Below are positions 35,901 to 48,719 of a stretch of DNA of 64,000 bases, one piece after another; within the stretch, counting starts at the first letter, position 1, and every line of letters begins with the position of its first letter. The notes below the pieces were generated by a model that saw only the letters and a list, made by a program, of their open reading frames with translations, did not search any database and had not been told where the DNA came from. The DNA lies in contig NW_027590511.1 of the NCBI RefSeq assembly GCF_964213995.1, positions 1 to 64,000 of the forward strand. Direction: 5' to 3'. The position numbers and the translations under genes were made by a program. This stretch comes from Mustelus asterias (taxonomy: Eukaryota).

Positions 35901-36944
35901 GTGCAGTAAAACCGCACTAGACACTGTCTCAGTTTTATTTTCCTCGACATTGTCATATATCTTTGAAATGTTTGTTTCATGGGATGTGGGTGTCACTGAA
36001 AAGATCAGCATTTGGCCTTTGAACATCCCCACATGGCACTCGGAACGAACCCATTTCTATTTTGCTGGATCAGGACCCCGTTTATGTTAAATTAGAGTCT
36101 GTCTCTGTTAATACACTGCTAGACTAGAATCAGTTTATATTGCACTAGCCACACTCTCTGGTTAAGTAATATTTGATCCTGACCCTGTACATATTTCACG
36201 AGACTGTGTTAGTGTTATGCCTGTGCTTAACTTTGCCTCTATTTGAATTATGTCTGCATTTCTCCGCGGTTCTACGAGAAGAAGAGATATTATGTTGGAT
36301 GAAAAACAGTGGTCTCTGGCAGGATTCTGAAACAGGCAGTGTTGGATCGACAGTATTTGGTCGGTGTGGGCTTCCAGTGCTGAAGGACCTGTGCCTCTGC
36401 AGTAACTTTTCTTGTTCTTTGTTCTGTGTTGACAGTGCATGCTATACAGGTCTTAGTATCCATTTTCAATGCAGTCAGCAGAAGTAGATTTCAGATAACA
36501 CTGCTTCTTTTCCAGTGCCCAAGACCTCATAGCATTCCATGTTCAGGAGGATGCAGAGAATTGTGTTCCCCTAAACACTTTCCTCATTACTGGCATTGTC
36601 CAGTGCAGTAAAATCTGAGACCATGTCCAATGCAATATAAACGTGGATAAGGTCAAGTGCAGGAATAAGACTCCATCTATTTTAATACAAACAGACAGGT
36701 CTAAATTAATACAAACTGACACCGCGTCTAGTTTGAAATAAACTGAAACATGGTGATGCATAATACAACCAGGGACAAGGTCTAATTTAGTATAGTTAGA
36801 GAAAGCATCTGGTTTAATATGTGTAGAGATAGGGTCTAGTGCAACATAAACCGAGGTATGACCTTATATAATAGAAGCTGACGCAGGGTAAATTTACTGT
36901 CTAATAAAGAGACTGGTTCAACTCCCATGAAATGTGGAGAGACG

Positions 36945-37570
36945 GCCTACTGCCCCATCAAAAATTCACAGGACAGGAGTAACAAGGGGTTAGCTGTTAA
37001 GTTCCCCCATGCATTGCCAAATTTAACACTCCCAAGGCAGGAATAGCATGATTTAGATACAAAGTGAACCTCCCTCTCACTATCAAAATCAAACATTCCT
37101 GGAAAAGGTAGATTGTCTAGAAACAGAGTGAAACTCCCTCTACAAAGTCTGCTCAAACACAATGAAGACATACAGACCAGGGACTCTCTTCTCGGTAAAA
37201 CCACTTCTGCATTTTTCCTTCAGAGAATCGGGAGGCAAGTTTGAATTGGTGTTCGGTAGAGGGGGAAGATCCCTCGGCACAGTCTCATAAAATACACTCA
37301 GGTTAGGTACAGCAGAGATTAGATACGGATTAAATATCCCTCTACAAGTAATATCAAACATTCAAAGGGCAGGTACGTGAGTTTAGATGCAGAGTAAATA
37401 TTCCTCTACACGGTCCAGTCAAACAGTCCAAGGGCAGGGAAAATTTCTTTGGTGCTGCCACATCGAATCCTTGTTACGAGGTACAACACAGGTTAGATAC
37501 AGAGGGAAATGTATAAAATATCCCAAGATCATAGAATGCTCAAGAGATCTTTTAGAGTAAATCTCCCTCA
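36945..37570. repeat. Decayed tandem repeat of about 60 bp
   Basis: Recurring ttagatacagagtaaa...ccctctaca...tcaaaca units. Confidence 0.65.
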
Positions 37571-38384
37571 TGGATTCCAATTCATTGCATTGCATTCCTT
37601 ACAACTCTGGCTGAGAGAATACATTGGGCAACATTGAATTCAGGTTGTGGAGGGAAGACGATGAACTATTGTGAATAGACACGACACAGAATCAGAAGGA
37701 GAAAGACAGAGAGAGAGATGAAACACAGGGAATTTCCACGAACACATTTGCCGTTTTATCATATTTCGGGATCAGAGGGATTCTTTCCTAATTCTGAATA
37801 TAGATATTGTCATGATTTTTTCCTCGTATAATTGATGAATAACTAATGTATAAAAACAATCATTTCTGGAATCCGTTGATCGATTTGCATGTTTGTCTTA
37901 TTTCTGTGCTGTGTTGGTGGGGAAATATTTGTTGTGTTTTTGTCAGTCAACAATCTAATCTGGGATTTCTATTTCTGTGTTTATTTACATAAATACCTCA
38001 CTGTTTACAATGAAATGTTCATGGTAGCAAAAACAGATAAACCGTCATTTATTCATTAGTTTCAACTCAAAATAGCGGTTATTTTAAGAATATTAACAGT
38101 TGGTTCAAAAGGAATAGAAACCTTTTTAACATACATTACACCAGATGCTATTTAATTAAATGAATAAATACATTCTATTTAAGAATTTGTCCTGAAAGTT
38201 CTGATGTCACAATGAATAAAGTATCTGTGAACAGGCTGGTATTCCACTGAATGTTAATTTGATTGATGATCTAAATTGCTTCAACTAGACAAGTTAAAAC
38301 AAAGAGAACTGATGTGTGAAATATTCCTGTCATAATTCCTCACACGAGGGAAGAATAAAAAATCCAGTGTGGTTATTCACTAAG

Positions 38385-38850
38385 TGACACAAGTAGCACT
38401 GCTGCCTCACAGTGACAGGGAAGCGGGTACGATTCCAACCTTGGGTGACTGTGTGTGGTTTTTCACATTCGAACATGTCCATGTGAGTTTCCTCCGATGC
38501 TCCGGTTTCCTTCCACAGTCCAAGGATGTACGGCTAGGTGGATTGGTATGATAAATTGCTCCTTTGAGTCCAAGGATGAGCAACGTAGAATCACAGAGTC
38601 CCTACAGTGCAGAAGGAGACCATTCGGTCCATCAAGTCTGCACTAGCTGTCCAGCAGGGCATCATTCCCAGGCCCAAGGTGGATTGGCGATTCTAAATTG
38701 CCCCTTAGTGTCCAACGATGTGTAGGTTAGAGACATTAGCCGCTGAATATGTCTGGTTGTTGGGGTAGGGTGAAGATAGGATGCTCTGCTGGAGAGCAGC
38801 TGCAGACTTGAGGGATCGAATGGCCTCCTACTGCACTGGATTCTATGATT
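38385..38850 (+). mobile_element. HE1-like V-SINE with nested fragment
   Basis: tagcactgctgcctcacag...ggtttccttccacagtccaaggatg; CR1-type tail. Confidence 0.75.
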
Positions 38851-39553
38851 TTATGCTGCTATGATCAGGCAGAGGAATGAATATATTCGCATTAATCTCT
38901 AGCACTTCCAAAGTATTACAACTTTCATTTTGGTAGAGCTTACATTTATACAACACTTTACCCGACTTCATGTAGTCCCAAAGATCTTAAAACTTACTGA
39001 TGTACCTTTGCTGAATTTAGTCACTGCTATCATGGTGCAAATACAACAGGTAATGTACTGCAGCAAACTCCCACAAACCGAGATGTGATAAATTGCCAGT
39101 AAATTTGTGATTTTGTTTGAAGAATCAGTATTAAGGTAGGATATTGGGGAGATCAGCCTTGCTCTTTAGAATTATATCAATGAGATTTTGCATCCCGGCA
39201 TCGATTTTAAATGTGAATCTGGTTCTCTCTCTGCTGATGCATACTGATCTGCTGAGTAGCATTTGTGTTGCTTTAGTTTTAGATTTCCAGAATCGGCAGC
39301 ACTTTACACTGTTGTTATTGATCCTCTGGATGTGAGCATCACTGACAAAGCCAACATTTAGTTGTCCCTGCTGAGAAGGCGGTTGTGAACCACCTTGTTG
39401 AAACCTGCCCTCGGGATGATTTTATTATTTGTTTTTCCCCAGCAGCTTTGATACAACTGACTGGCATGCCCGGCAATTTCAGTCGTGGTTAGGAGTCATT
39501 TTCATCATAGGAGAATTGGAGTCTGTGTAGGACAGACAGGGTAAAGATAGAAA

Positions 39554-40051
39554 TCTTCGGTTTTCAGTTATTTCCAAAGAGAAGATGTCGTTTGAAGTAT
39601 AAAAGCAAATTACTGCGGATTCTGCAATTGAAACCAAAAGAGAAAATGCTGGAAATCTCAGCAGGCCTGGCAATATCTGTGAGGAGAGAAAATAGCTGAC
39701 ATTTCGAATGTTTTGACAAAGGGTAATCTGGAATCGAAAAGTCAGTTCTTCCCTCTCCTTACAGGTGCTGCCAGACTTGCTGAGATTTTCCAGCATTTTC
39801 TCTTTCCGTTGTTTGAAGTGCATTTGGGCGGAGTAAATTGATTCTGAATCCCTGGGGGGGAGGAATTGTAGGTTGACCCAAGACTATCGTACTGAAGAAG
39901 ACACTGTAAACACTGTTCAGGGACCTGTCGGACCCGGAACATCCAGATACTGCTAATATTGGACGCGTTGGCTTTGCAGTCAGTCTCAAAGAGTTTCAGG
40001 GACGCCCAGTTTCTGCCTCTCGCTGACTCAGCACAACCTCCGATTCCACAC
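39554..40051 (-). pseudogene. IGHV: IgM VH pseudogene
   Basis: ESEVVLSQREAETGRP*NSLRL..CKANASNISSIWMFRVRQVP..TSN/DIFSLEI..LKTED. Acceptor AG>AA, stop codon, frameshift, Trp>Arg, a 209-bp insertion (39599-39807) with TSD GT(C/T)GTTTGAAGT; no YYC, RSS or leader. Confidence 0.9.
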
Positions 40052-43000
40052 TTGTAAAAATATCTAAAAGCCGATGAAAATAAAACGCCACGCACTCCAG
40101 ACATATTCTGTCACCTTTTTCCATCGGGATCAAGATACAAAAGTCTGAGGGCAGGTATAAACCGACTCAAAAACAATGTATTTCCTGCTGCAATAAGGCG
40201 TTTGAATGGACCTACGTCGCATTAAGTTCATCTTTCTCTACACCCCAGCTATGAGTGCAAAATTACATTATTCACTCTCTCCCTTCCTTCCCTATATACG
40301 TTATGCTCTGACTGCATAGTGCGCAAGAAACAATAATTTGCACTGTGTACTAATATATGCGATAATAATAAGTCAAATGAAATCAAATAAAATGTATCAA
40401 AAACACCAAGGATTATTCCTGGTGAATTGATTGCTGGCAATGGAACATTCCAGAGACAGACTAACACCGAGGGAGTGACAGTGAGATCCATTGTCATGTC
40501 TCTGCTCGTCCAAGAGGTGAAATTGCATTTGAGCATCTGTTACAGAAAAGAAACAATTTCAGTGTAAATTAAGTGCCTTTATTTCTGCACCTCTTCACAA
40601 GGGAATGGACATAAACAGATGACATTACATTATCAGGGTAAAGCCGTCAGTCTGATTTGCAATAATTCTGTATCTCTGACACATTACAGCGAAATATGAT
40701 TCATTAGAAGAATTAATATCGATTTATGTAACTTAATGCTGGGATGATTGTGTTTCAGGTGTGGATAGCTATCACTGTAATTTGGGACTGGATATAAGAA
40801 GAAGGGAAGCAGTGACCCAGCGTTATTATCGCGAGACAATTAATCCACAAACTCAACTAATGTTCTCAGGATCCGGCTTCGAGTCCCGCCACGGCAGATG
40901 GTGGAATTTAAGTTCAGTAAAAACGTCTGGAATTAAGAATCTACTTATGACCATGATATCATTGTCGATTGTGTAAAAACCTATCTGGTTCATTAATGTC
41001 ATTTAGAGCAGGAAATATGCCGTCCTTACCTCATCTAGCCTACATGTGATTGCAGAGCCACAGCAATGTGTTTAGCTCTCAACTGCCCTCGACAATGGGT
41101 GGGCAATAAATGCTGATCAGCCAGCGGCACCCATGTCCATAGAATCCCTGCAGTGCAGAAGGAGCATATCGGGCCTGCACTGACAACGCTCTTCCCCAGG
41201 CCCTATTCCCATCCCTGCTAATTCACTTGATTCTATGGGACAATTCAGCATCGCCAAACAACCTAAATGGCATATCCTTGGAGAATGTGCAGACTACACA
41301 CAGACAGAGACCCATTCCGGGAATTGAACCATCAGTCCTTGATGCTGTAAAGTAGCAATGGTAACCACTGTGCTACCGTGCCGCCCACTAATAAATTAAC
41401 AAAATAAACTCCTTATCTGATACAATGTTACACCTTATATTTCCCCAACAGCTCCTTAACCCTGTGAAAATTAACGGTGAAAGAAAACTTCTTGACTTAT
41501 AATTAAGCATTGAGTTGACAGAGAAACATAAAATTGACATTGACTTTTGACAAAGAAGCTAATGAATTAGAACGGAACACGGCAATCAGGAAAGTTCTCC
41601 TTCAGCATCCAAATCATGACAGATCATTGTATTGGCGAGCAGCTGGTATTGGGAACACAGGATATCAGGACTTTGCGGCATAATGCACAATATCACAAGA
41701 ATAAATACTTTATCTTTCACTGAACCAGGTTATGAACTGGTCATTTCTTCACTCATTGGCAGTTATGAGAGGGACTGTTAAATAATTGAAATCAGATTAT
41801 GCTGGACAACAGAACACGTTATACATCAGATATAAGTTTTTAATGAGGTGCAGAACATTGAGAATATGCCCAAGTCCCCGCTGTTCAAGGCAGATATATG
41901 ATTTTCTTTTAGTTTTAATTATTTTCATTTTTGTGCCTTTACACTGATCTCATGAGACGGAGGGATTGGGGACATCAGCATACGTTGTTCATAAAGAGGC
42001 TTTAATTGTTGGAAGGACATTTCTTTGGAAGCTATACAAATGAAATAGCATCAAGTCAATTGACTAGTTTCCGATACTTTTTAATCACATAATGGACAGT
42101 GCATTCATATAAAATATTTGCATCGAAGAAAAAACATTTAAAATGTGCCTTCCTTTTGGGAATAAAACATTTATTGTATAACTGACGAAGTCCCATGTTA
42201 TCCTTACAGATTCACGTTAATCTGTCCGACGCAGCATTTGGCAACTGTCCAGGCTGCTGCCAAATACCCAAAAATATTTACAGGAAGCATCTGAGGGTGT
42301 TTGTTCGGTAAATCAAAAACCTGTTTCCTCAGTACTGAACACTTGGCTGCAAGCCAACTTTAAACTCTCAGCATTGTCAATGAGGCCTATTTATAAACAA
42401 ATCTACCCAGCAACAGTACTGGAGGCAATTTAATTATTTTAAAGTTGCAAACATCTATGAATGTTTCCCATTTCTTCGGAAAAGAATGTATTCAGCTTCT
42501 CTGGCACCTTGTTAGCAACAATAATGATCTCTCCAAAACAACAAAACATTGATGGATGGATATATAAAAAATACCGGCAGATTATGAGAGTTGATTCAGA
42601 GAGGTGATATATTTTATACTAGATAAACATGTATGCTTGTGTTTTCTTTCACTTCATTCTTCCATGGGACATGAGAATCTCTGGAAAGGCCAACATTTAT
42701 TCCCTTTGCCTAATTTCTTTTGAACTGAGCGGTATGCTAGGGCATCTCAGAAGGCATTGCCCAGTTAGTTATATTGCTATCCGTCTGCAGTCACATCCTG
42801 ATGAGACCAGGTAGGGATGGCAGATTTCCTTCATTGGGGAATCAGAGAGGTTTATCTGGTCGCTGTCAGTATGTATTCCAGATTTATTGATTGAATTCAA
42901 ATTCCACCAGCTGCCAGGGTCGGATTTAATCTCGTGTCTCCACATCATTGGCCTGGGCTTCTGGATTACTGGTGCACTGGCATTAATATTACACCACCAT

Positions 43001-43214
43001 CTACCCAACAATAAAGGAATGCTTGCGTTGATGCAGGGATGAACGATAGTTGGATGCCTGAATGTTTTGCTTGAGAAATCAGAGAGTGGACGGATGGATG
43101 TGACGATAGCTGGTCCTAACATTTGCTGTTCTACATTCGCATATTTGTGATTTACTACTTCAAAAATCGAAGCAGGTCCTTTATTCCAAGCGTGTCAGTA
43201 TATAAGACCATAAG

Positions 43215-45200
43215 TCCATAAGACATAAGAAATAGGAGCAGAATGAGGCTACTCGGTCCATCGAGTCTGCTCCCTCCATTCAATGATGGCTGATATTTTT
43301 CTCACCCATATTCTCTTGCCTTTTCCCCATAACCACTGATCCTCTTATTAATCACAAACCCATCTATCTCTGTCTTAAAAACACCCAATGACCTGGCCTC
43401 CAACCTTCTACGGCAAGAGATCCACAGATCCACCACACTCTGGCTGAAGAAATTCCTCCTCAGCTCTGTTTTAAACGATCGTCCCTTTAGTCTGAGGTTG
43501 TGCCCTCTGGTTCCAGTTTTTCCTACGAGTTGAAACATCCTCTCCACGCCCACTCTATCCAGGCCTCGCAGTATCCTGAAAGATTCAATAAGATCTCCCC
43601 TCATCTTTCAAAACTCCAACGAGTACAGATCCAGAGGACTCAACCGTTCCTCATACAGCAAGTCTTCATTCCAGGAATCATTCTTGTGAACAACCACTGG
43701 ACCCTTTCCATGGCCAGCACATCCTTCCTTAGATATGGGGCCCAAACTGCTCACAATACTCCAATTGGGTCTGACCAGAGCCTTGTACAGCCTCAGAAGT
43801 ACATCCCTGCTCTTGCATTCTGGCCCTCTCGACATGAATGCCATCATTGCATTTGCCTTCCTGAACCTGCACTTTAACCTTAAGAGAATCTTGAACAATG
43901 ACTCCCAAGTCCCTTCGTATTTTTGATTTCCTCAGCATTTTCCCATTTAGAAAATAGTCTATGCCTCCATTCCTCCTTCCAAGAGCATAACCTCACACTT
44001 TTCCAAATTGTATTCCAGCTGCCACATCTTTGCCGACTCTGCTAACCTGTCCAAGCCCTTCTGCAGCCCCCCTGCTTCCTCAATACCACCTGTCCCTCTA
44101 CATATCTTTGTATCATCTGCAACCTTAGCAACAGTGCGTTCAGTTCCTTCCTCCAAATCGTTAATGCATGCTGTGAAAAGTTGTGGCCCAGCCACTGACC
44201 CCTGAGGCACACCACTAGTCACCAGCTGCCATCCTGAGAAAGACCCCTTTATTCCCACTCTCTGCCTTTTGCTAATCAACCAATCCTCTATCCATGATAG
44301 GATCTTACCCTTAACACCATGTGCACTTAACTTATTTAACAGTCTCTTTTTCGGCACCTTGTCAAAGGCCTTCTGGAAATCTAAATAAATCATGTCCACT
44401 GGCTCTCATTTATCTAACTTCCTTGCTACCTCCTCAAATAACTCTAACAGATTTGTCAGATATTACCTCCCCTTCACAAAGCTGTGCTGACTCAGTCCTA
44501 CTTTATCCTGCACTTCCATGTACTCTGCGATCTCATCTTTAATAATGGAATTTAAAGTCTTGCCAATGAACGAAGCCAGGCTAACCGGCCTATAATTTCT
44601 CGTCTGCTGCCTCCCTCCCATCTTAAACAGTGGTGTTGCATTCGCTACTTTCCAGTCCTCTGGTACATTCCCTGCCTCCAGTGATTTCTGAAAGACCACC
44701 ACCAATGCTTCCACAATTTCCTCAGTTATCTCTTTTAGAACCCTGCGGTGTAGTCCTTCCGGTCCAGGTGATTTATCCACCTTCAGACCTTTCAATTTCC
44801 CCAGAATCTTCTCCTTAGTGATGGCCACTACAGTCACCTGTGCCCCCGGACTCTCCTGGAGCTCTGGCATTCCACTGGTGTTTTCCACCGTGAAGACTGA
44901 TACAAAGTAACTATTCAGTTCCTCTGCCATTGCTTTGTTTCCTATTATTACTTCTCCAGTCTAATTTTCCAGTGGTCCAATGTCAATTTTTGCATCTTTC
45001 TTACCTTTTTTTATCTTGAAAAGAACTCTCCCTGTCTTATTTTATATTACTAGCTGGCTTACACTCATATTTAATCTTCTCCCCCCTTATTGCTTTTTTA
45101 GTTGTCCTCTGCTCGCTTTTAAATGCGTCCCAATCCTCTGGCTTCCCACTAATCTTTGCTGCTTTGTATGCTTTTACTTTTGTTTTAATGCTGTGCTTGA
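43215..45200 (-). mobile_element. CR1 LINE ORF2 fragment (frameshifted)
   Basis: Minus ORFs with KSPGPEGLH, NYRPVSL, YLDFQKAFDKVP, SGVPQGSV, VADDTK and RRNFFSQ. Confidence 0.95.
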
Positions 45201-45329
45201 CCTTTATGCTGTGCGACAACCTTTAGTCCTTCCAGATTTTCTCAGTGAATCCAATCCCCGAGATATCGGGAACAAATGAACTAGGAGCAGTTTGATTTTT
45301 TTTCCGTCTGCTGACAGTGACTCGAGCCA

Positions 45330-45900
45330 TAGAGTCATAGAGGTTGAGAGCATGGACACAAGCATTTCGGCCCAACTTGTCCATACCGCCCTTTTTATTA
45401 ACCATTAAGCTTGTCCCAATTTCCCGCGTTTGACCCATAACGCTCTGTACCCATCCTACCCATGTAACTGTCTAAACCCTTTTTAAAAGACAAAATTGTA
45501 CCCGCCTCTACCACTACCTCTGGCAGCCTGTTCCAGACACTTGCCACACTCTGTGTGAAACAATATCCCCTCTGAACCATTTTGTATCTCTCCATTCTCA
45601 TCATAAACCTATGCCCTCTCGTTTTAGACTCCTCCAGCATTGGGAAAATATATTGACTATCGAGCTGATCTATGCACCTCATTATTTTATAAACATCTAT
45701 AAGATCCCCCCAAGCCTCCTACGCTCCGGAGAAAAAGTCCCAGTCTATCCAGTCTCTCCCTACAACTCAAACCATCAAGGCCTCGTAGCATTCTAGTAAA
45801 ACTTTTCTGCATTCTTTCTAATTTAATAATATCCGTTCTATTATAGGGTGACCAGAACTGTACACAGCATTCCAAGTGTAGCCTCACCGATGTCTTCAAA
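45330..45900 (-). mobile_element. CR1 LINE 3' fragment
   Basis: CVQFWSPY, TRGHRF and WNRLPEVVVEAGT motifs. Confidence 0.9.
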
Positions 45901-46119
45901 ATCTTCAAATCCAAGATGGAAAGAGGGATTAGGTTGAGGGGGAGGATTGTAATGTTTGTAACATATGGCCCTTTCTAGTGCAACAAATCACTCAACATAT
46001 CATCACCTAAATTAGCGAAGGTAACAGGCTAACAAAATAATGAGGCAATTGAAATGTTGTGAAACTCACTGGACAGATCCAAGTGGTAAATGACTTTCCA
46101 GTCCTGTGTAAGTGTGCAA

Positions 46120-46432
46120 GGGCGGCACGGTGTCATATTGGCTAGCCCTGCTGCCTCACAACGCCAGGGACCCGGGTTCAATTCCGTCCTCAGGTCACTG
46201 TATTTGTCGAGTTTGCCGCTTCTCTCCGTGTCTGTGTGGATTTCCTCCGGGTACTCTAGTATCCTCCTGCAGTCCGAACATATGCAGCTCAGGTTGATTG
46301 GCCATGCTGAATTAACCCTTGTGTCAGGGGTATTAGTGGGGTTAATATGAGGGGTCACGGGAATAGGGCCTGGGTAGGATTCAGGTCGTTCCAGACTCGA
46401 TGGGCCCAATGGTCTCACTCTGCACTGTAGAT
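46120..46432 (+). mobile_element. HE1-like V-SINE
   Basis: gggcggcacggtg...gggacccgggttcaattcc head and CR1-derived tail; further copies at 47255-47470, 49085-49398 (+) and 60140-60340 (-). Confidence 0.9.
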
Positions 46433-47679
46433 TCGTTGTTCAATGAATAATTAATCTGGATCTTAAGATTCTATACCGTCAGATTCGATATTATAAATTA
46501 TATATAACATTAGATGCAGGTCCTTTCAGTTGTACAGTCACTTTAAAAATGGTTACACACTCCAGTTATATATCAGGGGTTTATGTGTGATGATGAGGTG
46601 ATTACGTGTCAATAAAGCGCAGAGGCTGCTGGGTAGCTGCTCATTACCCTCAGTCTGATTTAATTCAACTTCCCAGTGAATTCTGGGACAGATTTGATTC
46701 TTTGGTGACAGAAAGGCCAAAGTGACCTCAATAAATTTGAATCTCAATAAACTACAATAAATAAACTGCAATTATATTTGTACCAAATAAAATGCTGAAA
46801 ATAATTTGTGAAATATTTATTTGTTCTTGTGATTTGGAGATTATTAGTAATATGAGCGCCAGGAAATGACCATCTCCAAAAAGAGAGAATCTACCCATTG
46901 CTCCTTGTCATTCAATTATATTACGATACTGAATCACCCACTATAAACATCGTCAGGGTTACCATTGGCTAATCGCTGAACTAACTCGATATATAAATGC
47001 TCCGGCTGGAATATCAGGTCAGCTTGCTGTGAGTAGCTCACCTTCTGACTCCCCAAACCTGTCCACCACCTATAAAACTACAACTCAGGAGTGTAATAGA
47101 GTTCTTTCAACTTGCTTGAATGAGTGCAGCTCAAACAACATTCAAAAAGCTTTATAGCATTCAGGAAAACGCAGGCGGCTTGACTAGCATAGCATTTGCA
47201 AATGCTCACTCCCTCCACCACCGACAAACAACAGCAGCATTATACACCATCTACGGTTTCCTCCGGGTGCTCCGGTTTCCTCCCACAGTCCAAAGATGTG
47301 CGGGTTAAGTTGATTGGCCATGCTAAAAATTGCCCTTAGTGTCCCGGGATGCGTAGGTTAGAGGGATTAGTGAGTAAATATGGAGGGATATGGGGGGTAG
47401 GGCCTGGGTGGGATTGTGGTCGGTGCAGACTCGATGGGCCGAATGGCCTCTTTCTGTGCTGTAGGGTTTCTAGGTTTCTAAGTTTCTAAGTATCTACAAG
47501 TTTCACTTCAGGAACTCACCAAGACTCATTAGGCAACACCTTCCAACCACAGGACTGTTACCATTTGGAAGGACAGGGGTAAGAGTTACCTGGGAATATC
47601 ACCTGTAAATTCCACTCCAAGTCAGTCATAGAACTGACTTCGAAAAATATCGCCCTTCCTTCACTGTCGCTCGATTGAA

Positions 47680-48564
47680 ATCTGAGTGAATCCCTTCCCA
47701 CACACAGAGCAGGTGAACGGCCTCTCCCCAGTGTGACTGCGCCGATGAATTTCCAGCTGAGATGGGAAACTGAATCCTTTCCCACAGTCCCCACATTTCC
47801 ACGGTTTCTCCATGGTGCGGGTGTCCTTGTGGCTTTCCAGGTTAAACAATCAGTTAAATCTCACACAGAACACGGGTACAGTCTCTCCCCGCTGTGAATG
47901 CTGCGATGTATTTTCAGGCGGTGGAACTGGTGAAAGCTCTTTCCACACTCAGTGCACTGGAACACTCTCACTCTGGTGTGTCTGTGTCTTGGTGCTTTTT
48001 CAGTCACATTTATGTCAAAGAAATTCTGAAGCAGACAGAACAGAAAAAGATTTCTCCTTCTCGGTTCAAAGGCCAATGATATTCAGATCCCGATCAATCA
48101 AATGACTGTCAGATTTTGATGTGACGTTTGGTTTGAGATTTCTGTCTGTAAATCCTCACCTTCTGTTATCCTGCAAAAGCAGTTTACAAAAGTCATCACT
48201 GTCAGTACAGGATAGAAATTCAGAACAGACATTTCCTTTTTTTAAGTTTATTCATTAGTCACAAGTAAGGCTTACATTAACACTGCAATGAAGTCACTGT
48301 GAAATTCCGCTAGTTGCAGCAGTCTGGCACCTGTTGGGATCAATGCATCGAACCAGCACATCGATCAGAAGTCTTTCAGAAGTCTTTCAGAATTCTAGTT
48401 TCTATGGAAACTTCTTTCCTCTCTCATTCCCCAAAAGCTGTGAATCTCCATCCCACACACTCTCCCTCCATTCTCACTCTGCTGTATCTAATATTCACCC
48501 TCCCAATTCTTCTGAAGGTGCTGATTGAGGCTGATTGACAGATCCATGCTCACTGCTTCCTGTC
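47680..48564 (-). pseudogene. Truncated C2H2 zinc-finger gene: small exon 48499-48564, finger exon from 48170
   Basis: [25 protein letters not shown] and [44 protein letters not shown], then a break into LINE sequence; acceptors gtccag and cttttgcag. Confidence 0.85.
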
Positions 48565-48719
48565 CTGGACACAGAGAGCTGGAAATCTCCATGCAGGCGG
48601 CCAGACAGATATATGTCTATCTGACTGGACTAACAATGTGTGGAATGTACAGACTGGATTCACTCGCTTTCCCTTCAGTGGCTAAGGGCGGACACAGCAC
48701 CAGAAACCAATAAACTGCA

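Larger units (their letters stand above)
40630..46750. repeat. Paralogous copy of the VH upstream region (29640-32220), interrupted by SINE/LINE insertions
   Basis: Colinear blocks, e.g. 30790-30895 vs 42330-42432 and 29935-30230 vs 41510-41790. Confidence 0.9.

Noticed and set aside
37925-37975. Nonamer-like TGTTTTTGT downstream of the pseudo-V
   Set aside because: No heptamer, D or J at the appropriate spacing.
46120-46200. tRNA genes
   Set aside because: The box A/B sequences are SINE heads; no complete cloverleaf.
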